64,000 bases of DNA from Geosiphon pyriformis uo1. Taxonomy: Eukaryota; Fungi; Glomeromycota. A program made the translations under genes and the position numbers. This document shows, piece after piece, positions 13,348 through 25,676 of the stretch (position 1 is its first letter; each line of letters begins with the position of its first letter). Below the pieces are notes generated by a model. That model worked only from the letters and a program-made list of their open reading frames with translations, ran no database searches and had not been told where the DNA came from. The stretch lies in assembly GCA_016748015.1 (NCBI GenBank), contig JAAOMT010000436.1, positions 1,706,032-1,770,031 of the forward strand, in the 5' to 3' direction.

Positions 13348-15212
13348 CTAATATTTGAAGTGTGATTTAACTAACCCGGTATTCCTAATTGGAAGCTCAG
13401 ATGATAACGGTGGACATTGTCCCATTAGCCGATTAAAAAATGGCCCCCAATGATTTTGCGAATTTGGAATTGAATTATGAAAGGCAGCATTACATTCCTT
13501 AAGATATAAAAATAGTCATATACAATTTATCGACGAATCCTTTAAGTAAAATTATCAGACTAATTCAGATTTTAATATAAACTATCATAAAGAATACCTG
13601 GGGTTCAGATAAGATCCCTACACCTTTACGTTTATCCGGACTCCTCGTCCCTAAACACAAATAAACATCTGCATTATCTTCTTCGGTACATCCACAACTT
13701 GGCGAGACCCAATACTCGCGATGATTATGCCGAAATCCAAGTTGAGCCGGAGGCATTTGAGATACAATATCATCTAAATATGTGATTCGATAGATGAATC
13801 GAAGTTCTTTTTCTACATGAATAGAAAATTGACGATCTCCGATCCGGGGTTGACCATAGGTAAATAAAATCAAAGGCTCAACTGAATCATGATACCAAGT
13901 ATCTTTTTTTAATGAGAGCGCCGTAAAGGTCCCGTATACTAAATTTAAAACTTGATTCAGTTTACAATTTGAAATGGAATAAATTCTGATAATGATTTTA
14001 AATCTCGTAATTTTTTCAATTATACAGATAATAAACTTACTCACCACCACCTATTCCGTGCCCAGTTAGAATAACAGGATAATAAGGATATTGATCAACT
14101 ACTTCCCAAATCATATTTAACAGTTTTTCTTCTGCACGTTGAAAATTTGAGTAAAACGAGAAATCAACTCTTTAAAAAAGAAGAATTTTATCTTAAATAT
14201 TAACGATTTGGCAGATTTGTTTGTAACATAAGTTCGAAATACTTTCATTCCAGTAAAAATTAAAGCAATTCAATATTAAGTATAAACTAAAAAATTTTAA
14301 TATTCTTATAAATACATTTCACTTACCTTCCAAAAGAAACGTCCGGGTATCTAACCATCCCATTATTTCTTTTATGCCATTGTAACATAGTTAACTCTTT
14401 ATTTCCACGAAATATAACCACAATCTGTTTTGTGGTAGTATCTGGAATAGCTCGAGCTAAACTAGCATGTAAAGCAAATTATAAAGTAAAATTTCAGATT
14501 ATTATTTGAACTTATTTAAAAATAACTATGCATTTAGCTAAATTTGAACTTTAGAAATTCTAAAAGCAAAACGAAAATTACAACCGTATATTTGACTACC
14601 ATCACCAAATGAATGCTCTTCTCCAAGGCAATAAGCGATCTGGGCATAATAAGCAAATCGTTGAAATTCTTGTAATAAGTTTTGATTTGTAACTAAAAAC
14701 TTTGTCTTCGAGTTTTCCGGTTGACTTGTTAATATTGGTTGTATGTAATTTCGTTTCCGCAGGAAAACTTGATTTAGAAGAGTGGAAGGTAAGTTGTTAT
14801 TTTGATAATTTGAGGTTGAAATCATTAAATTTGAGTTAAATTTCAAAGGATCGGGTTCTTGTGATAGTAAAAGATTTTTAGAGTTTGGAAAAATAAATTG
14901 ATTTCGAATAGTTTCTGAATAGTCATTAATATGACTTATTATTGGTCTAATATCTTCCTTGTAATTTTTATAATCTTCCGATTTCGTTTTAGGTATTTCA
15001 GGCCTCAAATTCGCTTCGAAATCTATTTTATTTTCATTTTTATTTTGAATTATCAATCGTCTATTTTTGAACTTATCATACGCAGCTAGCCCCGAGTTAA
15101 AAATCAAAATGGATATTAATCCAAATACTAACAAAAAAGTCGAATTAATGAATCTCGACTTTTGATATTTTGAAAATAAATCAAAATATACAATTTTCTG
15201 GATTTGATTCAT
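13348..15212 (-). CDS. Class 3 lipase-like protein, nucleophile Ser->Gly (locus 4; exons 15212-14585, 14456-14327, 14169-14045, 13938-13598, 13497-13348)
   Basis: N-terminal hydrophobic segment FLLVFGLISILIF, RKR site. Motifs FAYYAQIAYC, IVVIFRGN, ILTGHGIGG|VYG, TYGQPRIGD, TYLDDIVSQMPP, HNHREYW, ECNA...NHWGPFF; stop TAG 13350-13348. All four introns are GT-AG and in frame. Confidence 0.88.
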
Positions 15213-15690
15213 TGTTCTTTCACCTCTATAGTAGTAGATATTTATTTCACGACATTCCAGGTTTGATTTTTAAATTAGCTTTTAGTTGTCGTTTCTGCAT
15301 CGATAACGTGACCAGATAAGCGGGTTTTCTCAGCATATTGTGTTTCAAATTCTACAATAATATATATAATATAATATTAAGAAGTTCGATATCAAATATA
15401 AACCTGATAACAATTTGAATTTTTATTCTATTTGGTATTCTTATCAGCGATTTTAATTATTTATTTTATCTTTTTATAGAGTATTCTTTTATATTTTTAT
15501 AACATCGGACCTTTAAACTTTAAAAGATAAACTATTATTCTATAAAAGTATTAGCAGAAATCTACAATAGTGGCATCGGTAATGAAGCTAATTAACTTTG
15601 GTCTCATTATTAATTTGTAAAAATTTATTATAAAATTAAAGCTACTTATAGATCATCTTCATAGATATAATCTCGCATTATTCGCTTAAA

Positions 15691-18180
15691 CCTTGGTTTA
15701 TAATCAAGCAAGAGTTAGATATAAATAAGACTTTCTTCTAAATGGTATTTGCCTGGTTCCCCTAATCTTCTTCAAAATTTATAAATATTTAGACTTGGGA
15801 AGAATTATTAAGCATATATATTTTCATAAAATGATAAACTTAAAGTCTTTTCTTTAAAACATACTAATTAGGCTCTAAAGCTAAAAAAAATTAATTTACT
15901 TTCGAATAAATATATTTCACATTTTTTCTTAATTTATATAAATACCTGAATTAAATAAAAATATTTAATTATAAAACATATTTAAAATAAGACAAAAATT
16001 TTTATTTGATGTAGTTTATGAAGAAATTGCTATTAATTATTTTATTTATACCGAAATTATTCCAAAGGTCTTTAATATTGATAATCTTTACAATGAATTA
16101 TCATAGTCTAAATCTTCTTAAAAGATATTTTTAGTTATTAAAAGTAGATTTAGATGCTATAGATTTTATTAGTATTGGACATAATTTTTAATCTTCTCCT
16201 AATAAATCTAACTTTCGGAAGAATATAAAGGTAGGAAATCAAAATATTTACTATTCAATTATTAAATTTCAATTATTTTTTAAATCCTAAAGAATTGATG
16301 GATACTATCATAAATTTGTATGTTTTTTGCGAAAAATATTTGTCTAAAATTATTAGGTGCTTGAAAATAATATGATGAAGATTTTTATTATATAATGATA
16401 GGCCTCATTCTATAAATTTGCGTAAGCAAGCCCTCAATAAGTTTTTCTTCAAATCCAAATATATAAGTAAATTGAATATGTCGAGAAGAAATAAAATCTT
16501 GATCTTGATTCTTATATTATCAGCTTTTTACTTTTCTCCTCTAGAGAAACTTAAAAGTTCGATAGAATTCAAAGAAACTTTAAAATTTAATATTTCTCAA
16601 AAACAGAATGGAAATAATAATTTCATAACCTCAACAGTTTGGGAGAATTTGCCAGAAGTTGCTTCATACATCAATCAAATTATTAAGCGCTCAATATTAA
16701 ATGTCAAAACAAAAATAACGCCTCAAACAGGAACCTTAGTTCATATTGGATTCTTTACACCTTTCGCAAATATTTTATATTGTTTGCGAAAAGAGAGACC
16801 CATTGGTTTGAAAAAAATTTAAACTTAATAGATTGAGTTGAATTCAAAATCAGTTTTACTTCATATTAACCTAAATTTTCGGTCTTCAGCCAAAGTTTTA
16901 CCGATACTCAATTACAACATATTGTGTGTATTGTTAGGCGGAACAGTAATTATTTTTAACTTCTTTAAATAATATGTTTTAAAACTCAAATTATTGTAAA
17001 AATAAGCAGATATTTGATAAGTTTTTTTAGAAATTGACTAAAGCACAATGGTTTTCTATAAATCAAGCACAAGTAACATTGAGAGTGAATGGAATTGAGT
17101 TACCTGACAAATCTATTCATGTTAATCAGCAGTTTTTGCAGGATATAGAATCCATATTTTTCCATTTAATGCAAGATATTCGAAATAATCTGCGTCTATA
17201 CTCCAACATTAAATCTATTTATTTCATCGGACATGGAATTGGTGGAGGTTGATAAATACTATATTTCTGCTCTTCTGTCTAAAAGTAAAATTTTAAATTA
17301 CAAATATTTGATTTTTTTCAAAAACAGCATACGCCTTAATCACTGGCCTTCTATGGAAATATGAACAGAATAAAGTTATCCAAAAAAATTTTTGGCCTGA
17401 GATTGGCCTTGATAAAACGCGTTCAATGATTTTAACTTTTGGAGCTCCAAAAATTGGAAACAACCAGCTTAGTGCATTAATAGATCAAATAACTACACAT
17501 CTGCGTGTTACTCACGGAAATGATCACGTCCCACATTTTCCTGATGATTCTATGAATTGGAAACATTCTGGTTTTGAAATCTGGCTTCAGCCATCTGAAA
17601 ATTGTGATTGTTCCGAAGATCCCTATTTTTACTGGGATTGTAATAATTTATTGAATCAGAAGGAACGAACATATGAAACGAATATGGTTAGCTTTTACTT
17701 CTAACTACATATATTTCTTGGACAGTTTAACGAATAAAAGCTAAAAATGTTTTCTCTTAGGAGTGCAATGCAGGACAATCAATCACAGAGGTTTCAAATG
17801 ACCTCTTCCATAATGGCCCTTATTTCGGTGTTACAATGGGTGATTGTAAAGAATATGATAGTTGAGAAAATATATGGAAATCGAAATTATTCGAAATATC
17901 GTAATTTTCGGCAAATAATAAAGTGCCCCTACAATTTGTACCCTAGGACTAATAAATAAAAGTTTTTTAAAGGGGAAAATACTAGTACTCGTCATCATCA
18001 TGTTCTTACATTGTTTTCGATAGTGTTGTCAGAGTAATATTTTTGAACTTTAGCTTTTAAATCGTAATAAATCTTCTTTTCATTTGTTTATTCAGTTATG
18101 AGTTAAGAGAAATAAGAAAAGTTTACAATGAAAATAATCAAATACGTGATAACAAATTATGCGATAAAATTGACAACAAG
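15691..18180 (+). repeat. Segmental duplication copy 2 (locus 5 plus flanks)
   Basis: Counterpart of 3278-5600, with a few indels. Confidence 0.9.
16478..17865 (+). CDS. Class 3 lipase-like protein, nucleophile Ser->Gly (locus 5; exons 16478-16805, 16890-16945, 17031-17247, 17328-17686, 17761-17865)
   Basis: Signal-like ILILILILSAF, IKR site. Motifs FANILYC, FIGHGIGG|AYA, TFGAPKIGN, THGNDHVPHFP, HSGFEIW, ECNAG...FHNGPYFG; stop TGA 17863-17865. Four GT-AG introns join in frame with no stops. Confidence 0.87.
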
Positions 18181-18377
18181 ATATTAAAAAAATATACTGC
18201 AAGTTATATGGCAAACCTAATAAATAACAACACATTTTAAATAATCAAATCAGGCAATTATTGTCAAACCAAGTTTATTTGTTTATGTTTCAGTTTATAT
18301 CATATATTACTATAATTATTTGACTGTTAAATAATTTTCATCACAAAATCCAAAATAATGCTAGTTCTTCTAATTAA

Positions 18378-18425
<48 letters not shown>
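18378..18425. repeat. (ATT)16 microsatellite at the gene/repeat compartment boundary
   Basis: Perfect ATT run read directly. Confidence 0.95.
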
Positions 18426-18499
18426 GTAACCAATTCAATTTTTATTTTATTAATAAAAATTTAATGCATATTCCACCTTATTTTTAGAATGGATTGTTG

Positions 18500-20680
18500 A
18501 CATAATCATTGATTTAATTAATAATTTGATTGTTAACTTAATTATTGACTTGTGTGTTTGTTCTTTTTATTAATTATATAAGCAAGATTTTTCAAAGCTA
18601 TAGAACATTTATTTGAACTTATTTACTCATTTGATAATAAAAAATTTTTACTTCTACATTAAAGTCAAATCTTTTTTAATTTGAATTAGCCTGAAAAAAA
18701 CTTAAGTTTGTAATTTATTAAATAAATAACTGTTGAAATAATTGATATCTGTTATTAAATTCTAAAAATGCAAATTACAATATAAAATTATAGTAGTTGT
18801 ATTATCTTTTATTAACAAAAATTCAGACTATTTTTCTAAAAAATTGGGTATGATTCAAAATTAATTGGATTTTTACACATTCAATTTACTTTTTTGCTAA
18901 AATCCTCTTAATCAGATTTATATTGTGTTAGTCTAATGTATAACAATACGAAATACAAAATTTTTAAATTTAAGTTTAAAAACACATTTAACTAAAAAAA
19001 TTTGAAATTAATATTTAATTATTACACAAAATAAATTAGACATTAATAAAAAATGTGAACTAACAAAAAGAATTTTATATATTTTATTTATTTTTATCCC
19101 AAAATTTAATTTTAATAAAGAGTTAAAAAGTGACATGTTTTTAAGCTTAAAAATAATTTTTGAAAATAACTTGTTTTATCTTATATATATTTAAAAATAA
19201 ATGAGATGGTGGATTTTTTGTTTTAATATTGACAATATTAGCTTTATTTTCATCAATAAAAACGTTATTCGATATATTAAATGTAAAAATATCAATAAAT
19301 AATTACAGTGAATTTGTTAATGTAAAAAAAACTTAAATATTATTTTATTTTTGAGAATTTTGTAAAAATTAATAGTCTATGACAATTTTTCAAACAATAA
19401 TAATGATTCAACGAAAAAAAATTGTTATACTTGTTCTAAATTTTTTGCTTTTAGTTTAAACATAAAATATGATTTAGTTTATAAAACATCGATCTAGTTA
19501 TTGGCCTCAATATTCAATTTTAAATACTTCCAGTATTTGATTAATAATAATTTTTTTTAAGCACAAACCTTTTTTTTGATTGAAATAAAATTGTTTTTAT
19601 GATTATTCAAACAAATCTTTATTTCTAATATATTTGATTGTGTAAGATTAGAATAATATATAAATTATTTTAAAAAATTAATATAATAAAAATGAAACTT
19701 AAAAATTCAAAATTAAAACACAATAAAATTTTATAAACAAGTTGCCATATATTTAAATTTTTTTTGAGTATTTGACAAAATTTTTCGTAATTATCAATTA
19801 AGTTCTAAAAAAATACTATTTATTAAATTATAATAATAAGTATTATTGTAATTAAAGTATTTAATAGATTTTATAAATATTGTTTGCTATAATTACAATA
19901 CACCATGTGTAACGTTAAATATAGTATAAAACTAATTGGAAAATCTATTAAGGTGGAATGGTATATTACATTCGCAAAATAATAATCGATTAATTGCGTT
20001 TTAAAATTGCATTTATTGCCTTAGTAATTAACATTAATGTTATTTTTAGTTCAAAATTTCTTTTTTTCTAATAGTATTGTATTTTCAATTATATTAATCA
20101 TGTATTAACCACTAATATTGCATATTTTAGCTATTTTATTTTTCAGAATTAGTTTTTGACTTAATTATTGACTTGATCAATAAATTGATTACTAACTAGT
20201 TATTAACTTGATTAATAATTTAACTACTGACCTAACTATTAATTAAACTTTTAATTTAATTATTGACTTGGTCAACTATTTTTTTCAAAAATATATAAAC
20301 AAGACTTTTTAAAGCTACAAGAAAAGTATCTGAATATTTAGTATTAGTAATCCAATTTATTCTTATTATAATTATTTCTTTTTTTAATCTGAAAATCTTA
20401 AGATGACAAATCACAATTTTTTTTCTTTTTTAGATTTGTATTATTGTTAATCTTAATAAAGCATTTCTGAATGAACAATTATTGAAAACAGCTAATATCT
20501 GTTATTGAATTCTAAGAACGCTAATTAAAACATAAAATTATAACAGCTGTATTATTTTTTATTATTAATATAAACTATTCTTCAATTTTCAAATTTTTGA
20601 AATGATTAATAACTGTGATTTTTATGAGATTATTAGAGTAATTGAATTATTTACCTATTTAATTCACTTTTTGATTGCAT
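18500..20680. repeat. Two decayed direct copies (~18500-18900 and ~20150-20680) of an unidentified sequence with ~12-bp internal tandem repeats
   Basis: Shared blocks 'tatataa(g/a)caaga(t/c)tttt(c/t)aaagcta' and 'atatctgttatt(a/g)aattctaa...taaaattata..ag(t/c)tgtattat'. The TTGACTTAATTA-like unit is repeated in both. Confidence 0.65.
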
Positions 20681-22249
20681 TATTCTTATTGTCATACAAT
20701 ATATTTTTTTGCTATTCGTTAATGTATCACTTTAATTATAACAATATAAAATATTACTTTTGTTTTTTAGACTTTAGATAATAAATATCATTTTTAAATT
20801 AGTTTTGTATGATTACCTCATATTTTTTAAATTTGAAATAAATAATAATTAATTTATAATACTGTTTTATTTTATTGTTTATTTTAAATTATTTATTTTA
20901 TATATTTAAAAAATTAATCCTTAATTAACATATCATAGTTAATAAAAATTTATTAAGTTTTAGTAATACAAAAAACAAATTTAAGAAAAAAGTTAATATT
21001 AATCTATAAAATTGTAAACCAAATACAATATTCAAAAATTTTAAGCAAAAAAAATAAATAAATAGAAAAACTTTTTAATCCAGCAATTACAAAAAATAAT
21101 ATTCATTTATAAAATACTAATGGCTTTTTTGTTTTTTATAAGCATTTTTATATTGATATTAAAAATTAATTATTTTAAAAGTAAGGGTTAAATATTTAAC
21201 ATTAAATTTTTTATTTGCTACAAATATTTTTAATTTTAATATTTGGTTTATTAAAAAATTACTTGTTATTAATAATAAATACATTTGTTTTTATTTTTTA
21301 CACCAAAAAATCTGTGTAATTGTATTGTTTTTATGCAATTTAATGTTTTTTTATTAATGTTAGTTAATTAATTAACTATAATAAATATAACATTTGCAAT
21401 AATATTTATTATATAAAGTTTTAATTAAATTACAGAAATACACAATAAAAATTAATTATTTAAAAAAAACATATAAATATATTGATATTATTGTATAAAT
21501 AAATTAAATAATAATAAAAATTAATGCAAAAATTACTTTAATACTTTACAGATAATTATTAACTTGCAATAATAACAATTACTATCTTAAAATAACAAAA
21601 ATAATATATTATAATATGTTATCTTATATAATAGTTATAGCTTTAATAAAAAGACATATTTAATATTTAATATTCAATATTCAATAATATATTATAATTC
21701 TGAAAAAAATTCCGAATAATTATTAATAAACAAAAAATAAAATTCATAAAAATCCAAATAATTGTTTAAAATTATTAATTTATTACTTAAATAAAATTAT
21801 AAATTATTAATTAATTTTTTAAAAGAAAAATCTTTATTAAAATTATTTATGTTGTTTATTTGTATTATTTTTTAAATACAGCACATATATTAACAAAAAA
21901 ATATGATAGTTATTTATTTTTATTACTAAATATATATTTTAATTATTTTTGTATAATATTATTATCTAATATTAAACATAACTTACATATTTTATTTTAT
22001 TAAAATAATATTTGAAAGTATTTGCAAATAAATTAAAAAAATTAAAATACTAAATTAGTTAACAAATATTTTTTTTTAAATTTTATAAAAAATATTTGAA
22101 AGTTGTTAAAAACAAAATTACAAATAAATTTAAAATAACTTAAAAAATAGCAAATTAATTATTATATATTATAATAATTGTATATTTAGGTTTTTATTTA
22201 AAACTTTGAATATATAAAATGATGTATTTTATTAGAAAAAAATTGTATT

Positions 22250-25200
22250 TCAAAATTATAATTGCAATTTTTTTTTTTAATTCTTCAACTATAATAAAAA
22301 TTAATAATAGCTGCTAAAATATTTTACTTTTTTTTTAATTTTTTTATAAACTATTTTATCCAATATCTCTTTATTTGTATCTATAAAATTAACTCTTAAT
22401 TTGATTGGATATTGTAATAAGTTCATTAACATCCAATTTGTAATTTACAATACAAAAAACAGTATTCAAACAGATAGTCAAAAATTTCTGCATTATTAGA
22501 AAACCCAATTACTAAAGCTATCTTGTTTTTTATTTGTACTTGTTCAAAGAGTTTCAATTTATACAGAAATAGGTAAAACAAAGCTTTATTAAGAAAGTTT
22601 TTTGGCAAATTAGCTTTAAATTAAAGTTTTTTACTAATTATAACATCTTATTTTTAACATATATTCTTAATTACAAAACTAAACTGTATTTAATAATCAA
22701 TTATAAACTACAAAATTGCTAAAACCAAATAAGAAAATTGTTTGGCTGACAATGTTTTTTTGAACACCATATTTAAAAAAATCTAATGTTTGAATATATC
22801 TTGGTAAAATTTAGCTTAAATATACTGTTTGTTAACAAAAAAATTTTTAAGTATTTATAAGATTTATTATATTTGACAATAAAATTGGCTAATTATTATT
22901 ACACAAAAAAGCATTTATAACCCTTTGGTTAATGGAAATAGTTATGGTTTTGTCAATATTAATAGAAATATTATTAATTATAAAAAATTTACTAGCAATA
23001 TCCAAAATATATCATGTTGATATTTGACTATTTTTTATTCAAATTGTATTATTCACAAAAATACCAGTCATAAAAAAGAAAAATTTTTTTATTGACTTCT
23101 GTTCTGTTTATCTTTGCTATAAAATTTATAATTAACTTATATTTATATAAGTATTTATGTTTTTTACTTTGCATAAAAAAAATCATAAAAAATTCTTTAG
23201 AAAAGCAGTAAAAAAAACTTTGCTTTAGTCTAATTTATTAAGCACTTTATAACTATTAAATAAACTAAAATCAGTCATTACTTAATTAATTCTGTTTATG
23301 TATATGTTGTTAAAAAATTTAATAAATTTGTCATATATCTTAATATGTTTTAAACTAGTTTTCAAATAATGTTACTTAACTGAATTATAAATTTTATACA
23401 TATTTTATAGAACTAACCAAATTTTATGGCTTTTTTTTAAAATATTTTTATTATTAAATTAATAGTAAACACAAAAAATTGAGTCGAAATATCTTTTAAA
23501 ACCAAGAAATTATTATTCTAAAGAACATTAAACTTATTGCAAGCAAATAAAATATAATTTAACAAAATTTTAGATAAAAATTTTTTGTCATTTTAATCAA
23601 TATAATAAGCCATATATTTGTAAAAACATTATTCTAATCATAAAACTTAAAGATTATTAAAACTTATGTACTTTTTTAAAAAACCAAAACATTACCAAAA
23701 ATTAAACAAGAATTAACAGATCCAAAAGACATCTTATTATTATGCTATTACAATATTTTTACAGTTCATTAAATAATATTAAACAAACTAGTAGTCTTAT
23801 TATTAAACAGATTATTAATTACCAAAATTAATTTATTTATACAGATTTTATTTATTATATCAAAGAAAGTATCTTTTTTTACATAATTTAATAGTATATA
23901 TTGACAAGAACAAAGATTAGACAATCTCAAAAACATTTTATGCTTTATTGTTTATTTTATTATGATTTTATCAACTTTATATCTTATTTTATTTAGCTTT
24001 AAAACCAATTTTTTTCTAATTATTAAATAATTCAAAACCATTTTTTGAAAAAGCTGTTTTAAAACATTTTTTATTATGTTTTTTTTATTAAAACAAAAAT
24101 TTTTTATTTATTTTTTAAATATTTTTTTAATAAACACACTCTTGGTTATTTTTAATTTATAGTATTTGGATTTTTAATAGTTTTTTTTTAATTTTTAACA
24201 AGTATTTAACAATTTTAAAATACTTTATACTATCATAAATCATGTTATTAACTTTAGAAATCTCAATATTATTTAGTATTAACCAAACTTTAAAAAGAAT
24301 CAAACTCAAACTTATTATTTAATCTTAACTTTTTTACTATCTTAGCAATTAATAATTCTAACTTAAAAAATTTTGAAAACTATTTGTTCTTAAAATAATT
24401 ATACTTACTAAATTAATGTCTAAAAAAGATTTTATTAACTAAATTTACTATTATTTTTTTTAGTATTTTCTATATTATATCTAAATTTCCAAGATTTTTT
24501 ATATTTATAAATCTATGCAGTATTTTTGATAACTTAGCAAAAAAATATTCTCCAAAATATGCTTATTTAGTTTTATCTATATCTTTTGTCTTAAACTTTT
24601 AACAATTTTTATTAGCTTGTTTGTAAATATTATTCAAACAAACATTCAAAAAATTTTTCAAGCCAACCAAAACCATAATTGTCTTATAATTTGTATTAAA
24701 AAACTTGAACATAAAACTTACTTTATAATTTGTAACTGTTAACAACAAACTCTTACTTAAAAAAATATAATTAATAATTTTTTTAACTTTTCTAAAATTG
24801 CTTTAAATAGAAGCTTTAATCAAAAAATATCTACTAAACAAATTGACCAAATCCAATTCTGAACATTTTTTAAAATTTACACTATTTTTAAACTCTTTTT
24901 TATTAAAGTTACCTTTTAATATTACAAAAAAATTAAAATTAATTATCTTAACAATAAAAAAGTTGATTTCAGAAATTTAATCTCTGTAAATACTCTAGCA
25001 TATAAAAAAAAACTACAACTAAAAGTTTATTCTTAAACAAAAGACAAATTAATATAATCCTACCAGAAATTTTATCAATTTTTGAAACATGCTAAGCCAA
25101 AAAATTGTTTATAATAACAGCTATACCAGCACCAAAAAAGCTTTTATTTACATTAGATGTGAAAATTTGGATTCTATCAAATCTATTTATAATCTATAGT

Positions 25201-25510
25201 TTAGTACTAGACTTTAATTTTGTTTTTATTATGATAGATATTATATTTTCAAATTTTACATGCCAACAAACAATGTTACTTTGCTTAGCCAAATTGTTTA
25301 TTTTTCTGATATTGTACATAGCAACTTTTCAAATTAGATTAGTTATTAAAAAGAACAGAAATCTAAACTCAAACCAAAATTGTCTACTATGGCCAACAGA
25401 TCCAAAACCATATCTAATAGACTTTTTATATTATTTTCCAATCTCAAAACACTTGATAAATCTAAAAACATTACTCTTGCAACAGTTTTATTATTGGTGA
25501 TTACACCCAA
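22250..25510 (-). mobile_element. Non-LTR retrotransposon (LINE) copy A, heavily eroded fragment (end of ORF1, APE, RT)
   Basis: Colinear similarity to copy D. The ORF2 start region at ~25345 reads like NLIWKVAMYNIR. RT-region remnants at 22400-23600 (e.g. MPKNFLNKAL, KLFEQVQ). Boundaries are approximate. Confidence 0.75.
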
Positions 25511-25676
25511 ACTTTTACTTATTATTATATTTGTTTTTTAATTCTGTGATAAAAGAGTAATTGTAATTTAAACAAAAAATATTTGTTTTAATAAATTGTA
25601 TTTATTTTAAAATAACAAAATTAAGAAAAATTTTATGTTAATTTTTAATTTAAATTTTAATTGATAATATTATATA

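Noticed and set aside
1197-17865. Lipases as recent horizontal transfers from bacteria or cyanobacteria
   Set aside because: Conserved spliceosomal introns, fungal prepro architecture and host-like AT content argue for an old fungal family.
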